Source of the DNA: Podarcis erhardii
Lineage: Eukaryota
Length of the DNA: 64,000 nt
Direction: 5' to 3' (one strand)
Assembly: GCA_964252035.1 (NCBI GenBank)
Contig: OZ176204.1
The stretch's first letter is position 1. Each line of letters opens with the position of its first letter. Positions 26,171 through 38,207 of the stretch are shown here, one piece after another. Under the pieces are notes generated by a model. It made no database searches. It saw only the letters and a list, made by a program, of their open reading frames with translations, and was not told the origin of the DNA. The position numbers and the translations under genes are program-made.

Positions 26171-26734
26171 GTATTGGTGTGAGTGTTGTTTACAGCTTTC
26201 CTAGGAGAGAGGTAGGCATGATAAAGAGCTGCTTATCCATAGAAGGGATTGCAGCATGCCAGCAACGAACTCACTGCTAGCGCAGCGTTGGCCAATCTCA
26301 CCATGCCATGTGCGTGCATGCAAACCACTAGCAAAGAAAGCACAGGGAATTGGGAAGAAATGATGGAGAAGTAGGACCTATGAATAAGCCCTCCCTGTTC
26401 GCCCATGTTTTCATCCAATCTTAAGACCAGGTTTTGATAAGCAGCAAGTCAACTGAAGAGGGGCAGTGGAATCCGCTTTGGTTGAATTTGGGACACCCCT
26501 TTCTATGCCTCTTGTCAACAAGCTGCTGCCACCTGGTGTCCTACTAGCAGAATCCTTGCAGTCTTCATTTGAACAGAGGTTTTATGGCATTTGGAAGATG
26601 TTTTCAAATAAGATTTGTCTAGTCTGAGTAACACACACATCAAACATTTGTGGTAGTGGTTTTACATTAGGCATCACACTCAACCCTCGCAGATTCTGCA
26701 TATAACTTGGTGTGACACTTTGTTTCATGCTTAC

Positions 26735-27017
26735 CAAAGACAGAAGTTCTTTCTCATTCTTGCCTAACATATAAGTAAATTCACTGTTTCCATGTTGCAA
26801 GGAATCTGATCTCAGCAGGGGATCACAGGACAAGGATTCAACAGAGTTGCTCCTGCTGATCTGGGGTGACAGTCCATCACCTGTACTAAAAACTCTTCTG
26901 GTTGACAAATGCTGCACTTTTTGAATTTCTTCTTCATAGTGCTGAACAGTCTTGTCAAATTTAACCTGAAGTTCTCTCATTTCTTCTTCATGCTTACACT
27001 GCAGCTCTTGCAGTCTC
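26735..27017 (-). CDS. CEP63: CEP63 exon (283 nt)
   Basis: gtttag|GAGACTG...TCTTTG|gtaagc; RLQELQCKHEEEMRELQVKFDKTVQHYEEE...LSPQISRSNSVESL...KELLSL (ORF 26582..27025). Confidence 0.88.
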
Positions 27018-27275
27018 CTAAACATGGATTTTAAAAAAGTTCACTCAATACAGACCAGCTCTTCTCAGCTGCAAATATTATGCAAGAACGCTTAGGAACA
27101 GACTAACTTTTTTCAATTCCAGGTGGAAAACACATGCAGTGCACAGAGACCTCAAGCTGTAACAGCAGAATGATTTTCTGCAAAACTCCATAGTCGTCAA
27201 GCTATACTAGGATTTCAGCCATTGTAAACAATTCATCAGAACAAGAGAAAAACTTGTTGAACACACAGCTCTTAC

Positions 27276-27481
27276 CTGCTTTCCACATTTTTTATCTCAG
27301 TCATCTGCTGCCGCATCTGCTGCATGATATTCTCATATCTGCCCTGAGACCTGCGGGATGAGGTTTCCAGGCTGGCTTTAGTTTCTGCTAGTTCTTTCAA
27401 TAATCGCTGGTTTTCAAACTCCACCTTATTTAGGGCTTTGGTATAACTTTCCTGGAATTCTGCCAGGGGGGCACTTTTTCC
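27276..27481 (-). CDS. CEP63: CEP63 exon (206 nt)
   Basis: ccttaag|GGAAAA...AAAGCAG|gtaaga; GKSAPLAEFQESYTKALNKVEFENQRLLKELAETKASLE..., like CEP63 [26 protein letters not shown]. Confidence 0.9.
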
Positions 27482-28645
27482 CTTAAGGTGACAGAAATGC
27501 TTTAGTCAGTGCTGCTGTGTTTGTTCACCAGCCCAGCTTTCCCTAGAAAGTTTGATTTTGTATTGCAAATTTAAGAAGTAAATTTTCCAAGTCTTCTACT
27601 AGGAAAAAATCCCTTCAGAGTGTAAATCAATCACCAGCTGTCTGAATGAGTCTACATCTAGAAAGACCGAACTAATCAAACCTACGTAGGTACAAGCTTC
27701 CCTCATTCATCTCAATTGGGTGTGAACTTCAAGACCAATTTGTGCTCACTTAAATGTCAGTCACATTAAATGTGTTCCAGCTGCATAGCTCACCACTAAC
27801 ACCAAAGCCAATGGGACTGCCTGCTTGTACCTGGATATACAAAAAATCTCCTGACACTCCATTCATTTGAAACCGCTGTGTGATTAGTGTATTTGCCAAC
27901 TGTAGAGAAAAGCTTAAATAACCAGCTGGGACTGACCCCTCTAGAGTCACGAGTCCAAGATCCTATTACCAAGAAATCCAACCACGCATGCACACACAGA
28001 TCAGAGCATAACTGACGTCAGCTGAGCAACACTGAGCAAACATATCCATTTTTAAAATATAAAGTTTTTAGCTCAGTAATTTCCCTTAGTAAGATTATTT
28101 AACTCAGTCAGCCTCTACCCCATCTCCTTCACTTCCCTATTCTAATCAGCTTGCAAGAACTGCAACATATCTGCAAATGCTGAGATGTCCTTCAAGATTT
28201 TCAAGTGAAATTTCCTTCTGTATTTTCAAGTGGAGACGCAGAACATTATCAAACCTGTACCATTTGTTTCTCGTCACATCAAAACATTGAAACACATTTT
28301 ATAACATGTGATCTAGATTAATTTCATTTCAAAATATGAATACATTTGTAAACTGAAGAACAAAATCAAACTCAGAACCCCCCCCCCCCCCATGGAGGCT
28401 GTAGGGACATAACTCCCACCCCTCTATGTGGAGGGCTATTGGACTCATGATCTGCTGCCCTGTTCACCCTATCTGTTCTAAAAATGAACACATGAACAAG
28501 GAGATTTTCCAAAGTCTAGGGAGATCCCATGTTCACACTAACACAGGATCAATTTGGTTCACTTCTCCCCATAATGACAGAAGTGGGAAAAGAGATGGAA
28601 GGAAGCCCAAGGCTCACACGTTGCCTCACATGGTACAGAAGAGAC

Positions 28646-28672
28646 TGTGTGTGTGTGTGTGTGTGTGTGTGT
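28646..28672. repeat. (TG)13 microsatellite
   Basis: read directly. Confidence 0.95.
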
Positions 28673-29241
28673 TCGTGCAATGTCTGAACAACCAAATTAT
28701 CTCACTTGATTATAAACACAAACCAAATTGTATTCTTCTTAACACCTACTAAAATTAAATGCCCTAGACAAATCTTCACTAGTATTCAATTTTCAATGTT
28801 TTGTTCTCAAATGCTTGTTCTCTCTAGAGAGCTTAAATTATGGGGTGGGGTGGGGAGGGGCACAAGAAGACACCACCCTCCGATATGCCCACTTTAATTA
28901 CCAATATGAGACAATTCTGTCTGCTGCAGCCATGTGCAGAAAACAAGTTCCACCAGTTCAGCAACATTCATCAGGGGAAATCATCTGCAACAGTGTTCTT
29001 ATTACTGAGAAGAGGCAGCACAATTTTTCTGTGACAATGTGGATGGGCTTCAAATTACTATAACTATGTGTAGGGGTTCAATCAAAACATTGTGTGAGCA
29101 GGCTTTGAATGCCAACTTTTATTGCAATGTTTCATTTTATACTCTCCTTCACTAACATTGCACTGACACCTAGTGGGCCCAGAAAATAAAATATACATAG
29201 TTCAATCTGTCCATCTTTCTATCCTAACGCTTAGGATGTTT

Positions 29242-29318
29242 TGTTGTTGTTGTTTAGTCGTTTAGTCGTGTCCGACTCTTCGTGACCCCATGGACCAGAG
29301 CACGCCAGGCACTCCTGT
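29242..29318 (-). mobile_element. Minimal Bov-B 3' tail insertion (~77 bp)
   Basis: ttgttgttgtttagtcgtttagtcgtgtccgactc...; 12-bp TSD CTTAGGATGTTT at 29230-29241 and 29319-29330. Confidence 0.85.
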
Positions 29319-29544
29319 CTTAGGATGTTTAGTCAGAAGTAAATCTCACCAATTTCACTTAAACCCCACTGTGACTTAACCTGCAAGCTTCAGTATAAAA
29401 ATATCAAATCACCTTTCAAAGCTTTGTATAAATATATGAAAGATGCACTTGCCTGCGCAACACACACAAAAGCCAAGTGTTTTCTAGAGAGACTACAAGT
29501 GCACAACACTTCAAACAGCACATCCCATCACACCAGACACTTAC

Positions 29545-29610
29545 CTTCTGAAGAATTTCTGAGAGCTGGCGATTGTCTTGCTTAAGAGATTCCAACTGCG
29601 ACAAAACAGC
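29545..29610 (-). CDS. CEP63: CEP63 exon (66 nt)
   Basis: cttcag|GCTGTT...CAGAAG|gtaagt; AVLSQLESLKQDNRQLSEILQK, like [22 protein letters not shown]. Confidence 0.88.
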
Positions 29611-30248
29611 CTGAAGTGACAGGGTGGGGGATGGGGAGAAGTTACCATTTTTCCCTGTTAGTATATTTCACATGGAGGAACCATATAGCCCATAAACTTG
29701 TGCAAATCTGAGAATTGCAACCTTAATCTTAGCAAGTTTCTAGCCCTCATAGCTAACTCTGAAAATGTGGTGCCAATACAGCTAAAGGGTCTGGAACATA
29801 CGTGCAACCAAAGAAGTGTCATCCTACAACATATGGTTTCCTCTAATGCAGGGCTCACCAACCAGGCACCCATGAGTGCCATCATTCCTGCAAAAAGCCT
29901 TCTTCATCAGTAACCGACAGGCAGGGCCCCAAGACTCTGAAATTTCGTTTTTTAAAAATATGTTTCTAGCCATCCTAGAAAGTTATAAATCAAAATGTAC
30001 AGGCAGCTTTCTATGCAATTTCTGTGAAATTACCAGCCTGGCTACTCCCAGCTGGTAGTGGTTTTTGCCAATGAATACATGAGAGCTGTAGTTCATAAAT
30101 GAGTTGTTTGGACACCAGGCAACAGATATCCCTGGGGTCCCAAAGAGCAGATGTTCCTCCTCTCCTTTAGTGGCCTCTCTGCTTCTGTGTTATTTTTGAG
30201 ACCTCAGACTTTCCATAGTTTGCCTTTTATTTTTCCCTAGTAACCAAG

Positions 30249-30646
30249 TGTGGCGTTTGCCCATTCTTTGGGGATACGTTTGTACTGGGGAAAAGAGAGG
30301 GTTAATAGGTTTACCAATAAGAAAGCCTGGGGGCAGAGCCTACCTGATTTTGAGGCTCAGCCCACAGGTTTTGACAGTTAGTTCAGTTGGTTCGGGGGGG
30401 GGGGGAGATAGAGTGAGTTAGAGACAAGGACATGACTGTGAGGGAACAGAATGGCAGCTTTTCAAATATATTTTAAAACTTGTTTGAAATAAACTTTAAT
30501 AATCATTGTTAACTCTACCTGAGACTCTATACTTCACCGGGGAACCCTGGGTTTTTTCCACAAAATTGGTGGCAGCAGAAGAATAAAGTAGTGGTGTACA
30601 GGTCAATAGTCCGTGAAACGACTGGGGGCTCTGTACGAACGCCACA
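30249..30646. mobile_element. Solo-LTR-like element (398 bp)
   Basis: termini TGTGGCGTT...AACGCCACA; perfect 5-bp TSD CCAAG (30244-30248, 30647-30651); CCAAT near 30314 and AATAAA near 30582. Confidence 0.75.
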
Positions 30647-31174
30647 CCAAGCTACATCTTTCCTGCAGTGAGTTCATCTGGGATTAGGTATGCCCTAGAA
30701 ATTATTATTTTTTCTAATATTAAATAATCCCTACTCCTCTGCCAAATGCAAATGTGAAAACTTTATGAAAGAGGCTTAGGCACGTCTCCTACCTGCAGAG
30801 AAGCTAAAAACCAGGGACTCATTAAGAATTCACTGCATAGTCAACTTATAGTACAATGGTATATGTGTGTTTAATGGGGCACTTTAGGCTAAGGGTTGGG
30901 GTTGGCATTGGGGAAAACCAGACTTTTTGTGCCTTTAACAGCTGTGCGGAAAAGGCTTAGCCTTTTCCAGTATGGAAATACAATTATAGAAAAAGCTTCA
31001 CCATGACTGCACAAATTTTGTGCTATGCCACCTCTCCCATGGCAGACATGTTGTGACTGGTGCCCACAGCACTCTTTCAAAATGCAAGATGTGCCCACTG
31101 CTCCATAAAGGTTGGCAACCCCCTGCTCTAATTGCTATACATCAAAACATTTTGAGGGATAACAGCCTATTTAC

Positions 31175-31372
31175 CCTGTGCTCCACTGCCTTCCGTTCTG
31201 CTTTTTCAATCTCCATTTTTAGTTGCTGCTCCAAGTTTAAAGTACAACTATTTGATGAGGCAATTGTGATGTCGCGCTGGTGAAGCTCCCGTGTTAGCTG
31301 AGCAACCTCCTGCTTCATTCCTTCTAACTCACTGTTGTGACTACGTTCTTTGTGCAATAGCTGCTCCTTCAG
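31175..31372 (-). CDS. CEP63: CEP63 exon (198 nt)
   Basis: gtctag|CTGAAG...CACAGG|gtaaat; LKEQLLHKERSHNSELEGMKQEVAQLTRELHQRDITIAS...KAERKAVEHR. Confidence 0.95.
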
Positions 31373-32228
31373 CTAGACAGAAACATATATGAAATTTGCA
31401 GTTAACATTTCACTGATTATCAGAAATCTCAGCATACAAAGCTCTCTGGAAGCACAACGTTCTCCAGTTGCTCACTACTTAATCCTAGTAAGCAGCACTG
31501 TTTCATAATTCATTCAGTACTAATGCACAGTGTAATAGTTCTGCCTGTATACAATGATCTTCTGCATTCTTAGGGCAGTGTATTTCATTGAATCGGGGGA
31601 TTAATGATAAACTAGCAAATAACCCACAAGTGGACTGGCAAACTGAATTATTCACATTATAACAATGCCCCCTGACTGTTCCTGAGCTTCTACTGCACAC
31701 AAAAGTGCAAATAAGACAATTTTTTAAAAAAAATATTACCAAAATGCAGAGGTCAGAAGAGTAAAGGACCCACTTTTTGTCATAAAAAAGGTGATAGGTG
31801 CCAATAGTAAAATTGTAAGCACCATTTCAAAAACTAATGCTGAACACAACTGAACACTAAAAAAAATTGCTTTCCATTCTATATGAATACTCACTGACCT
31901 AGCCATTGGACCAGGCTGAGCTATTAAACAAAATTGTGGGAAGGACTTAAGACACAGAAACTGAAGAAGTTGATTGTTGCATAGTTTGTTCCAATCTATG
32001 GACTAAAAAATCCCTAAAATGAACATCAAGCCACACCAGAGAAAATTCTTAACTTAATACACAGATGACATCTAATACATAGACAAAACTCAGAAGCAAC
32101 CATTAAAAACAAGGGTGCTTACTAGGTATAATGGGGCTTTCAGTAACAACATCGATTCCTACAGTGCCCAAACCTATTTTAAAATGATATAGCACTGTAC
32201 ATCTTTTATTTGCACAAAAGGCCCTCAC

Positions 32229-32343
32229 CTTTTTTATCTCAGCCTTGGCCTGGCAGAGGTGCTCTTCTGTCAGCTGCAGCTCCTGGTATTTCTCAGTTAG
32301 CAATTCACTCGGCGGGGCATGGTTTGAATTTCCAGAACCCAGA
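32229..32343 (-). CDS. CEP63: CEP63 exon (115 nt)
   Basis: aatatag|TCTGGG...AAAAAG|gtgagg; SLGSGNSNHAPPSELLTEKYQELQLTEEHLCQAKAEIKK. Confidence 0.88.
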
Positions 32344-32787
32344 CTATATTCCAAAATGGTACAAGCACAGCAAAACACAAAAGACTTTGTAAACTATTGT
32401 AGCACGTCGCTACAGAAAGGAGAGTGGCAGCCATTTTGCAATTATATGATGCACAAATCCCACTGAGCAACATCCAAGTTACAGAAACTTTTCCTTGGTA
32501 GCTTGTTGCTCACTCAACAATTCAACAGTTGATGAGAAGTTGTAATTTTAGTCACCTAGCAAGCATATATGATTCTTAGACCTTTGTATGTGATAAAAAT
32601 GTCTTAAATTACAGTCAGCCATCTCCAAGTAAGGCTGTCCTATTCATATAACCCTAAATAAATTACTAAAATTTTAGACATTTCTAAGCCACCATTAGAG
32701 CCCTCTGCTACAGTAAAGATGCAGAACTTATCTTCTAAATTTAAACTCATTTGTAAAGGTGGAGAAATTTCTGCAATGATCATCTAC

Positions 32788-32907
32788 CTGCCCTCAAGAT
32801 GAATAATTTCAGGATGATCCAGCTGCAAGTGTATGTTGTCCAACTCTGTCCTGCTACGATAGATTCCATTGGTTCCTTCACTGCTCTGCAGGCACTCTTC
32901 CAGTGAC
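32788..32907 (-). CDS. CEP63: CEP63 exon (120 nt, phase 2/2)
   Basis: cctgtacag|GTCACT...GGGCAG|gtagat; SLEECLQSSEGTNGIYRSRTELDNIHLQLDHPEIIHLEG; frame fits both neighbours. Confidence 0.82.
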
Positions 32908-33220
32908 CTGTACAGGAGGACATGTGAGTTCCTGAAGATTGTAGCCTTCTGACATCCAAATTAAATCAGACACACCAGTTCTAGTAGATGTGCAAACAGA
33001 CCCACAACACAGATGAATATTGCAATGCTTGTTTCTGAAGTGCTAAATATATGATTAAAATAGAAAGTAGTACCTCAACTCTGCATTAAAAGCACTTAAC
33101 AGTCAATGAAATAATCGTGGAAGAAATAATCATGTTCGCCATCAGCGTTGCAAATGAAAAAGGGAACAGCTCAGCCCTTGCATGTTACTCACCTTAAGCT
33201 CTGGCCAGGCAGAGCTCACA

Positions 33221-33584
33221 TGTAATGCTAAGCCAAACCAAACTAGAAGGGAGATTGTGGCAACTTTGCTTCCCCACTGGTACTGGTACTGCTACTGCTA
33301 CTGCTACTGCTGTGATATAGGCCATGGTTTGGCTTAGTGTGTCATCCAAATCAAGGTTCATGGTTTGTCTCCTCAAAACAAACCACAAGCTGTAATTCAA
33401 GAACAAACCTTGGTTAAAGCTTGTGGTTTGTCTGAAAGAGACAAACCAAGAACCTGGGTTGGACAATACACTAACCCAAATCATGGTTCACCTTGCATGA
33501 GGACTCAAGAACAAATGAAGCAGCCACACTCTTTTCCAGGAGACCACACATTTGTTTTCAGCAATGGTTTGGCTTAGTGTTACA
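33221..33584. mobile_element. Palindromic MITE-like element
   Basis: 20-bp imperfect TIRs tgtaatgctaagccaaacca / tggtttggcttagtgttaca; internal aaacca/tggttt repeats and a (CTACTG)n tract. Confidence 0.6.
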
Positions 33585-34793
33585 AGAAAAGCAGGTCAAT
33601 TAGTTACTACTGCCTTTTTAAAGCTTGGAGCAGTAATTTAGGGACTCTCAGTAGGTCGTAACTATCAGTCACAAGGATCTTACAGTTTAAAATGGTGTTC
33701 CAGGTGTTAATCGGTAAGGAAAGATGATGGGAAGTATGACTCAATTCTAGTATTATCAACCACCTTACAACTTCTGCCCAATAAAAGTGCTCAACCTATG
33801 AAAGCCAACATCCAACAAGAGGTTTTTTGGGGGGAAATTGAAACACTTTAAAGTCATACAATAAAGCAAAGGTCCATATATCTGCTTGCCAGAGATGATC
33901 TGACAAATATCTGGTGACTGACTCCATCCTAGTGAGTAGGATACGCAACAGGGATAAGCCTTTGCCTTCTTCCATACTATCTGAGAAGGGGAGAAGGCTA
34001 ATTCTCACATTTGTGCTAGGCTTTGAATGTTCTGCAATTACCTCAAGTTCAGTATGTTGCCAAGAGACAAGACCCCATCTCCAACGTGAGATGGGGTCTA
34101 TGTCAAACACAAGTGTCCTTGCTTATCAAGGCCCGTCAAAATTTGTGGATCCTTGAAATAAAAGGAACAAATAATAAGACATTCAATAAATGCATTTGGT
34201 TTGGCTGAAATTTCACATATTTCACTGGACAGTAGTACAAAATCCTAAAAGGAGCCAACGTGTACCCTCACAAAATGTAATTCAAAATGCATGAATTTAC
34301 TACAGTGGCAATTTTTAATTCAGAGAAGTAGGATTGGTGGTGTAGAGAATAAATAACCAGAGGCATTATTCTACTATTACAAAAACAAACAATTAAATTT
34401 AGCAAGTGTGTTTGTTAACCTACTGAAGCAGTTCTCAAAAGGGAGAGGTAGATTATAGTAACTTCCATTGGATGTTTTGGCGCCTCACTGAAAGCCTCTC
34501 AAACTGGCAACAGTTAATTGACAGTCAGTTAAAAATATAAAATCTATTTTTTCTTTCTCTCTCCAAGAAACATTTAGAAAATCCACCTTAAATCATGCTG
34601 TGGACTGATATAATCCTGTCTCTTTTTCCTTTTTTAAAATAACGTTTTTAGCAAATGCTGAATACTAATCACTATCTATCTTCAGTTGGGTTGGAAAAAC
34701 AAATGTGCTACAGACTTTTTCTAGACATCTAGGAATATCTAGGTTTCAGGCAAAGGGCATAATTTGGGTATGTTTTGATGCCAAGAACCATAC

Positions 34794-34939
34794 CTTACAA
34801 AAGCTTCTTTGTTTTGCAAGGTTTCAGTTAGTCTGGACACTTCCTTCTGTAATTGTTCTTTATGCATCTGTAAGTTGTTAATGAAGTCCTCCTGAGAGAG
34901 CAGAGTGGCCCTAAGTTCCATCTTTTCTTCATGTAGAAC
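34794..34939 (-). CDS. CEP63: CEP63 exon (146 nt)
   Basis: ctctgaag|GTTCTA...TGTAAG|gtatgg; VLHEEKMELRATLLSQEDFINNLQMHKEQLQKEVSRLTETLQNKEAFV. Confidence 0.9.
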
Positions 34940-35195
34940 CTTCAGAGGAGAAGATGGAAATTAGTGATGAAAAGATACAACAAATGGGATTAAGATTTTA
35001 GAATAAGCAAGCTATTGTGCTTGTGCATATACCCAAAGAGGAGGACAACTTGGAACAATCCCTTCCCTGTCAGACATTGCTTCTCAATTAGGCTCAGGAT
35101 AAAGCTGGGAGGAAGCCTATTTAATTAGTGACTTGCCAGCCCACTACCATTACAAGCTGTATATTAACCTGCTTCCAAGCAATTCACTCACAGAC

Positions 35196-35429
35196 CTCCA
35201 GTGAGTTCCGGGAAACTTTCAGCTCATCTAGTACTCTTTGATGTTCCTCCAAAATTTTCTGATTGCTAGAAGTTAAATCATCCACTTTCATATTCAGCCT
35301 TTCCACTTCCAGTTCATTGGCACAGATAGTGTCATTGGCCCTTTCCAACTTGCTAGTTAAGTGATGGATTTCAGATTGGCTCGCCAGCTCCACAGACTCA
35401 AACATTTGCTTCCGGCTGGACAGTTGAGC
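35196..35429 (-). CDS. CEP63: CEP63 exon (234 nt)
   Basis: gttacag|GCTCAA...CTGGAG|gtctgt; AQLSSRKQMFESVELASQSEIHHLTSKLERANDTICANELEVERL... Confidence 0.94.
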
Positions 35430-37600
35430 CTGTAACACAGAGAGCACTGTTCAGTTAAGCTCCCCATTCCTGGCATAAATGAAATGGGTTAGGTTCTATT
35501 TTTGTCCACTTGTAGCAGTGATCACGACACCACTTCTGGAAGAAAAGAGCAGCAAGAGGTGTACATGTCCAACTTCTCCAACTGCAACAAAAGTTTCCCA
35601 AGAAATATAGCACTTTTTCACTTATTAGATGGTCACTATAACTGATAAAGGGAATACAGACAAACATATGTTTGGAATCTGCAGGCATGTGTCCCGTAAG
35701 ACATATACAAGTTAAGGCATATACATACATGAAACCTTTTATGCAGGATGGCTTCCCCAGTGCATAGGAAAGCTTTCTAACTGAGAGTTTTAAAGCAACC
35801 TAGGCATGCACTGTTTTTAACTGAAGGTATCCAACCAACTTATGTAGGGTGTGAAAGTTTTCAGTATTGTATTTTTCTGCTTTTAGAAATGCATTGTTTC
35901 ACAATACAAATCAAATTGGTCAACTGGAATGGATATAAAGCTAGCGAAATAAAAGATGGAAGTTGTAATTATTTTTTAGGCAACAATCCCTTAAAAATAT
36001 TTATGCACACAGCTTTTCAAGCATGCTAAAACTAACAAAATGCTTTTCAGTGCCTTCATTTTTCCACTTTAAAATCTAAATAATGTAAGGGAAGTGTATG
36101 TAATTGAGTTTCACTTCTTAAAATATTTACAAGCATTCTTATCAAAATAATTTCCAAGTAAAGCCCTGAATCTCTATGAATGTAATAAACCACTCTAAGT
36201 GAACTTTAATTACTTTCTCTCATCAAGTATTTCAGTTCTCAACTATTCTTGGCTTTCAGAAAAACTTTTCTGATATTCATATAACATGTACAATTAACAT
36301 GTTATTGAGCTCCTTGGAAGATAAAGGTGGCCTATGAATAGATTTTTATTTTTCCCCCCTGGAAAACTCACATCATCAGCATCCAAGGAGGCAATCCTAT
36401 TCAACCTCAAGTGTATGTCACATAGATTTTAATATAACTTATTCCCAAATCAATGTCAACAGGACTACTGCATACCTGCAGTTAAGAATTATTTGGGTTA
36501 TATTAAATATAGACTAGGGTTCTGTCAGTGCAAGGATTTCCCCTATACCAATGGAATGTTCTCCTCTCTCCTCCCTCCTGCATCCCCTAGATCTGTTCTA
36601 GAAGTTCCCTCAAGAACAGATGTGGGAATGGCGCAGGTGGCAAGAGAGAGTGGGAAGTCCTGTTGCACTGGTGGTAATCCTTGCGTGCATCTGCAACTAT
36701 TTCACCGAATACTGCCCTTTGACTGCTTTGAGAATCAAAATCCTACTACCTGGGTTTTGTTTTGTTTTTCTGCTGCCCTGTCACTGATATGACCTTCTAG
36801 CTAAGGCTCCAAACAAATCTGCTTTCAATAGACTAAGCCATCAAAAACACAAGCACAGCTACAGCAAGGTATTTGTCTTCAAAAGGCTTACACTTTGTCC
36901 AAGCACATCTGTGAGCATCTTTCACAAAGCCACTATCAGTGTCAGCCTTAATCCTGTCACTGCCAACTTCTGCCATGCAGAACTTCCACTCAGTGGCAAC
37001 TGTGGAGTCCATTAAGTGCAAAGCTCCCAGCAAGAGCTTCTTATCAGCAACTCCAGTGTTTTGTGTCAGACCAAGTTTATTCACAGCTGGTACCTGGTCA
37101 GTTAAACTAAGCCATAGCGGCACTAACTCAATGAACAGATTAATTTTTCAGAAACAGCAGAGGCTCTGCACGCTTGCTTCAAGAGACACAAACAGCACAG
37201 CTATGCATTAACAATACCTTGGTTACCCTGCCACATAGGAAATACACCATTTTAAAAAATCATTATTTAAACAGGTTGCATACACCTGGTGGCATGTTGT
37301 CTGGCATCTATGCAGTTTTGAACAACATCGTATTTTAATTCTTTCACACTGTGCAATTACCCAACCAGAATCATTTTATGGCCTTTCTCCAGCTGGCACT
37401 TGACAGCAAAGATAGGCAATTGCCTTCCAGCCACTGTACAGTTTTCAGATTATTTCCTGGCTTTGTCTACATATTGAACAGGACAAGGTTATTCCATCAG
37501 GAGTTTCATTGTCATTTCACTGGTAACCTGAATTGTGCTAAGGCTCTGAAGTCTGCCAGTAACTCCTTTCCAAGGCAAACTCCTCATCCGTTAACTCTAC

Positions 37601-37714
37601 CTGAATGAGATCAGACTGCTCAGAAAAAGCCTTCCGCTGTGCTTCCAGTGATGCCACGTGCTGCTGGTAGTGCAAGCGCTGCTTCTCCCAATCTAGAGAT
37701 TTCTGGCGGAACTC
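37601..37714 (-). CDS. CEP63: CEP63 exon (114 nt)
   Basis: tttacag|GAGTTC...ATTCAG|gtagag; [38 protein letters not shown]. Confidence 0.96.
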
Positions 37715-37981
37715 CTGTAAAGACAATTGGTAATCGCTATCGATCTGGTTGAAAAATACCCACTATCCCAAATCCAGTATCTTCTATCTTGCCCCTATCC
37801 TTATCCAAGTCAAGAACCTCATTAAGTACTGTAAGCCTGCAATGTACATGCATTTAACTTATACACATTCAGCTTATGTACTTGGTAATAAACAAACAAA
37901 TAAAAAGGGGGTGGGCAACTGGTGGGGGCGGGGAGACTTTGGCAAATCCCAACTGCCACTGAACCCAATGTGTTTTGAGCG

Positions 37982-38207
37982 CAGTGGTACCTCTGGTTAC
38001 GAATGCTTCTGGTTACGAACTCCGCTAATTTGGAAGTAGCAGCTCCTGGTTGTGAACTTTGCCCCAGGATGCAAACTGAAATCGCGCACCAGAGGCACAC
38101 ACACAGCGGGACACCCCATTAGCGAAAGTGCGCCTCAGGATAAGAACGGTTTCAGCTTAAGAACGGACCTGCGGAACGAATTAAGTTCGTAACCAGAGGT
38201 ACCACTG
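37982..38207. mobile_element. Tc1/mariner-type MITE, family 1 (reverse of 15252)
   Basis: CAGTGGTACCTCTGGTTACGAA ... TTCGTAACCAGAGGTACCACTG|TA. Confidence 0.85.

Noticed and set aside
26582-26734. ORF extension beyond the CEP63 exon (VSMKQSVTPSYMQNL...FQMP*) as a separate gene or terminal exon
   Set aside because: Read-through into the intron past a consensus TTG|gtaagc donor; the conserved C-terminus is in the 24770-24928 exon. Intron retention cannot be excluded but has no support here.
27824-27850. Possible CEP63 microexon (cag|20 nt|gtacaa) to supply the missing heptad
   Set aside because: 20 nt is not a multiple of three and the acceptor lacks a pyrimidine tract.
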